From positions 1 through 64,000 of the forward strand of contig JAZQOV010000001.1 of the NCBI GenBank assembly GCA_045628045.1: a DNA stretch of 64,000 bases. The letters are read 5' to 3'. The notes under the pieces are model-generated. The model was given only the letters and a program-made list of their open reading frames with translations, had not been told where the DNA came from and made no database searches. The translations under genes were made by a program, and so were the position numbers. Shown here piece after piece: positions 60,836 to 64,000 of this stretch (the first letter of the stretch is position 1; each line of letters opens with the position of its first letter). The stretch comes from Bacilli bacterium. GTDB lineage: Bacteria; Bacillota_I; Bacilli_A; RFN20; CAG-826.

Positions 60836-62326
60836 TTATTTACCTGAATCCTTCATGCATGGGAAGAGAAGAACTTCACGAATTGAAGTTTGATTTGTCA
60901 TTAACATAACAAATCTATCAATTCCAATACCAATACCGCCTGTTGGAGGCATTCCGTATTCAAGTGCTTCAAGGAAGTCTTCATCCATTTCAGAGGCTTC
61001 TTCATCACCTGCAGCTTTTGCTTCAAGTTGTTTTACTAAACGTTCTTTTTGATCGAGTGGATCATTAAGTTCGCTATAAGCGTTTCCGTATTCCATGCCA
61101 CCAATAAATAACTCAAATCTATCAGTAAACATTGGATTATCTGGGCATTTCTTTGTGAGTGGTGAAACTTCAATTGGATATTCATGAACAAATGTTGGGG
61201 TTTGAAGTAAATCATCACATTTTTCTTCAAAGAAGGCATTTAAGATATAACCAACAGAATTCCAGTGTTTTTCAAGCTTAATTCCGTTTTCTTTTGCAAG
61301 TTTAACTGCTTCATCCATTGTCTTAACTTTATTGAAGTCAATTCCAGTAGCTTCAAGGACACATTCTTTCATGGTTTTCCATGCGAATGGTTTGCCTAAA
61401 TCTAAAGTCTTATCTCCATAAGGAATATTGGTGGTTCCAACGACCTTTTTTGCAACTTCTCTAAAGAGATTCTCTGCAAAATGTCTCATGTCTTGGAGAT
61501 CACCATAGGCTTGATAAAGTTCAATTGTTGTGAACTCTGGGTTGTGTTTTGTGTCCATTCCTTCATTACGGAATAAACGTCCAATTTCGTACACTTTTTC
61601 CATGCCACCAACTATACATTTTTTAAGTGAAATTTCGGTAGCAATACGAAGATAGAAATCTTTATTTAGTGAGTTATGATGTGTGACGAATGGTCTTGCT
61701 GCAGCACCACCAAGAATTGGTGAAAGAATACTTGTTTCAACTTCGCAGAAGCCAAGTGAATCACAATAATCTTGAATTGCACGAATAATTTTTGGTCTTG
61801 CTAAAGCAATTTTCATTGAATCATCATTCATGATTAAGTCAACATAACGATGACGATATCTTTCTTCAACATCAGTAAGTCCGTGGAATTTCTCTGGAAG
61901 TGGTCTTAAAGCTTTAGTTAAATGTGTGTATTTTTCAACTCTGACAGTTAATTCGCCTGTTCCTGAAAGCATTAATCTTCCTGAAACGCCAACGATATCT
62001 CCAATATCAGAAAGTTTAAAAACATCATACATTTGTTCACCTAAAACATTAATGCCTAACCAGCATTGAATATTTCCAGTAACATCTTTGATGTTCATAA
62101 ATGCAGCTTTACCCATTTTACGTAATGCCATAATACGTCCTGCGACAGTGACATTAATTGGTTTAGCTTCTAATTCTTCATTAGTTTTGCCTGCGGCTTT
62201 TTCACGTGCTGATTTAACCGAATCAGTACGTTCAAATCTTTGTCCATAAGGGTAGACACCCATTTCTTCTAAACGTGGAAGTTTGTCTCTTCTAGCACGT
62301 TCTTGATCTGTTAATTTTTCTTCCAT
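60836..62326 (-). CDS. lysS: lysine--tRNA ligase (class II)
   Basis: PLPEKFHGL.D.E.RYR.RY.DL, GGAAARPF.THHN, FRNEG, HNPEFT and YGMPPTGG.GIGIDR motifs. Start placed at MEEK. Confidence 0.97.
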   Translation of the reverse strand: MEEKLTDQERARRDKLPRLEEMGVYPYGQRFERTDSVKSAREKAAGKTNEELEAKPINVTVAGRIMALRKMGKAAFMNIKDVTGNIQCWLGINVLGEQMYDVFKLSDIGDIVGVSGRLMLSGTGELTVRVEKYTHLTKALRPLPEKFHGLTDVEERYRHRYVDLIMNDDSMKIALARPKIIRAIQDYCDSLGFCEVETSILSPILGGAAARPFVTHHNSLNKDFYLRIATEISLKKCIVGGMEKVYEIGRLFRNEGMDTKHNPEFTTIELYQAYGDLQDMRHFAENLFREVAKKVVGTTNIPYGDKTLDLGKPFAWKTMKECVLEATGIDFNKVKTMDEAVKLAKENGIKLEKHWNSVGYILNAFFEEKCDDLLQTPTFVHEYPIEVSPLTKKCPDNPMFTDRFELFIGGMEYGNAYSELNDPLDQKERLVKQLEAKAAGDEEASEMDEDFLEALEYGMPPTGGIGIGIDRFVMLMTNQTSIREVLLFPCMKDSGK

Positions 62327-62382
62327 TTTGAAAAACCTCGCATAAAAGTATAGCAAATACTTGTATTGAATCTCAATAAAAG

Positions 62383-63369
62383 TTATTTGAGAAGGCCTAA
62401 ATCACTTAAAACTTGTTCAATTGGTGTGCCAGGCTCTCCACACTTACCAAAACTCTGACTTGTGTAGAGATCTTCTTCGTTATAAATTACGTTATCGCTA
62501 AAGTAACTATTTATTAAACCATTATTTTTACAATAATATTCTTTGCCAAAAACAGTGAGAACACCTGTGTTAAATGAACCTTCGTTTTCTCTAAATTTGA
62601 TGTCTGCAGTTCCCGTTTTTAATCCTGGATTTTCCACCAAAGAATAGTAGAGATCAACTTTACCGCTATTGTATGACTCGAAATCAACAATTGCATATTC
62701 AAAGACACCATTGCTTCGTGTTTCTTCTCTTTGAGAATCTACTAATTTTTGAGCACTATAAGCATAGAAACCACTGCAATTTTGTAGTTCAAATGGTTTA
62801 TCAAATTTATAATTTGTGCCTAAAACACTATTTAAATAATTAAGTGAAGATTCTTCTGAAATTTGTTCGTATTCTACGTATGAATATTCTTGAATTTTTA
62901 CTGGATTATAAATGTGAAATTCATGATAGGGAGTTGTATAAGAGAATGTTTTTCTACCTTTTCTATTTTGAAAGCCCATTGGAGGTTCATCCATATCTCC
63001 AACCTTTTTCTCCCAAGCCATAGAGTTAGAAAAACCATCAGAAATTGATATCGAATCAAATAACTCAGGTTTATCAATATCACGATTGAAAATACCAAAA
63101 GCCTGTGTGACTTTTAATGGAGTGTTATTATCTTTATAAGAATAATAAACATAACCATTTATATCCAAAGTAAAGTAAGCTTCTGCACCAATCTCGGCTT
63201 TGTAATCATACTTGTCTTCGCTTTTATTGTGAGCTTTTGTATATTTAACCAGCTTATAAGTTCCAACCATATCGCTTTTATCGGATTCATCAGAGCGATA
63301 CATTGAACATGCTCCTAATAAAGGAGCAATAAGAAATAACAACAACGACTTTTTCAAAATCTTTTTCAT
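62383..63369 (-). CDS. hypothetical lipoprotein
   Basis: LLGA-C lipobox; ATGA overlap with the dus gene. Confidence 0.78.
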   Translation of the reverse strand: MKKILKKSLLLFLIAPLLGACSMYRSDESDKSDMVGTYKLVKYTKAHNKSEDKYDYKAEIGAEAYFTLDINGYVYYSYKDNNTPLKVTQAFGIFNRDIDKPELFDSISISDGFSNSMAWEKKVGDMDEPPMGFQNRKGRKTFSYTTPYHEFHIYNPVKIQEYSYVEYEQISEESSLNYLNSVLGTNYKFDKPFELQNCSGFYAYSAQKLVDSQREETRSNGVFEYAIVDFESYNSGKVDLYYSLVENPGLKTGTADIKFRENEGSFNTGVLTVFGKEYYCKNNGLINSYFSDNVIYNEEDLYTSQSFGKCGEPGTPIEQVLSDLGLLK

Positions 63370-64000
63370 ACGTTTTCCTCCGGAATTTCGTTTAAGATTT
63401 TAATAAGCGACTCTTTTGTAGTTAGTGCACTAGCAAGTTTGTTTCTGATTTTCTTTGAATCTGGCATATTTAAGAAGAATTTTGGGGCAATTCCACGCAA
63501 AACCATCATTGCTGCGTATTCTCCTTTTTCCTCAATAAGCATGTCAGCAAAGGTAAGAAGATATTTTTTGCTTTGTGCAATAGATGAAGATAATTCTTCA
63601 TCATTTTTATTATATAACATATTAATTTGTTTTATCAAATTAGGATTTCCGACTCCGCCTCGTGCAACCATGACACCATCAGCGTGAGTAATTTCCATAG
63701 CTTTTTTCGCATCTTCCGCTGTATAAATATCTCCACTCACTATAAGTGGAACGTTCATTTCATCACGTAAATTTTTAACTAAATCCCAACGAGGTTTTCC
63801 TGCGTATCCCGCTCTTGTTGTACGAGCGTGTAGACCAATTGCAGCAATACCGGCATTTTCTAAAGCTTTAATATTTTCTCTAAAATTTATCGTTTCTTCA
63901 TTCCACCCTAAACGAATTTTTGCTGTTACAGGAATTGGTGAATGTTTACAAATTTTCTTAAACATTTCCTCTAATTTTTTAGGGTCTTTTAATAATGCGG
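63366..64000 (-). CDS. dusB: tRNA dihydrouridine synthase (5' end outside the window)
   Basis: PVTAKIRLGW, HART, SGDI and DGVMVARG..GNP motifs. Confidence 0.92.
   Translation of the reverse strand, partial: ALLKDPKKLEEMFKKICKHSPIPVTAKIRLGWNEETINFRENIKALENAGIAAIGLHARTTRAGYAGKPRWDLVKNLRDEMNVPLIVSGDIYTAEDAKKAMEITHADGVMVARGGVGNPNLIKQINMLYNKNDEELSSSIAQSKKYLLTFADMLIEEKGEYAAMMVLRGIAPKFFLNMPDSKKIRNKLASALTTKESLIKILNEIPEENV

Overview
A compact, AT-rich chromosomal segment of a low-GC Bacilli-type bacterium. The gene order (pcrA-ligA-gatCAB, tsaEB-rimI-tsaD, rpsF-ssb-rpsR...gdpP-rplI-dnaB-walJ), the many lipoproteins and the standard genetic code suggest an uncultured gut/rumen Erysipelotrichales- or RFN20-like lineage; the taxonomy is inference. 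Most of the window is housekeeping genes. It also holds a tmRNA, a TPP riboswitch-thiT unit, an S6:S18 leader, a dispersed surface-glycan locus and several large lipoproteins. I saw no transposase, integrase, prophage, CRISPR array, rRNA or tRNA. The most interesting signals are: (1) two tandem 74-aa glycine-zipper membrane peptides of unknown family, each with its own near-consensus sigmaA promoter, SD and terminator, lying between rpsR and gdpP; (2) a candidate new attenuator RNA in front of a 1424-aa Ig/OB-fold surface lipoprotein; (3) a redoxin-type class III ribonucleotide reductase fused to a CPNC glutaredoxin-like domain, followed by trxB and preceded by a structured leader; (4) widespread leaderless gene starts; (5) a tmRNA tag ending in ACCLA; (6) two small genes missed by the ORF track. 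All family calls come from motif recognition only; no searches were run.
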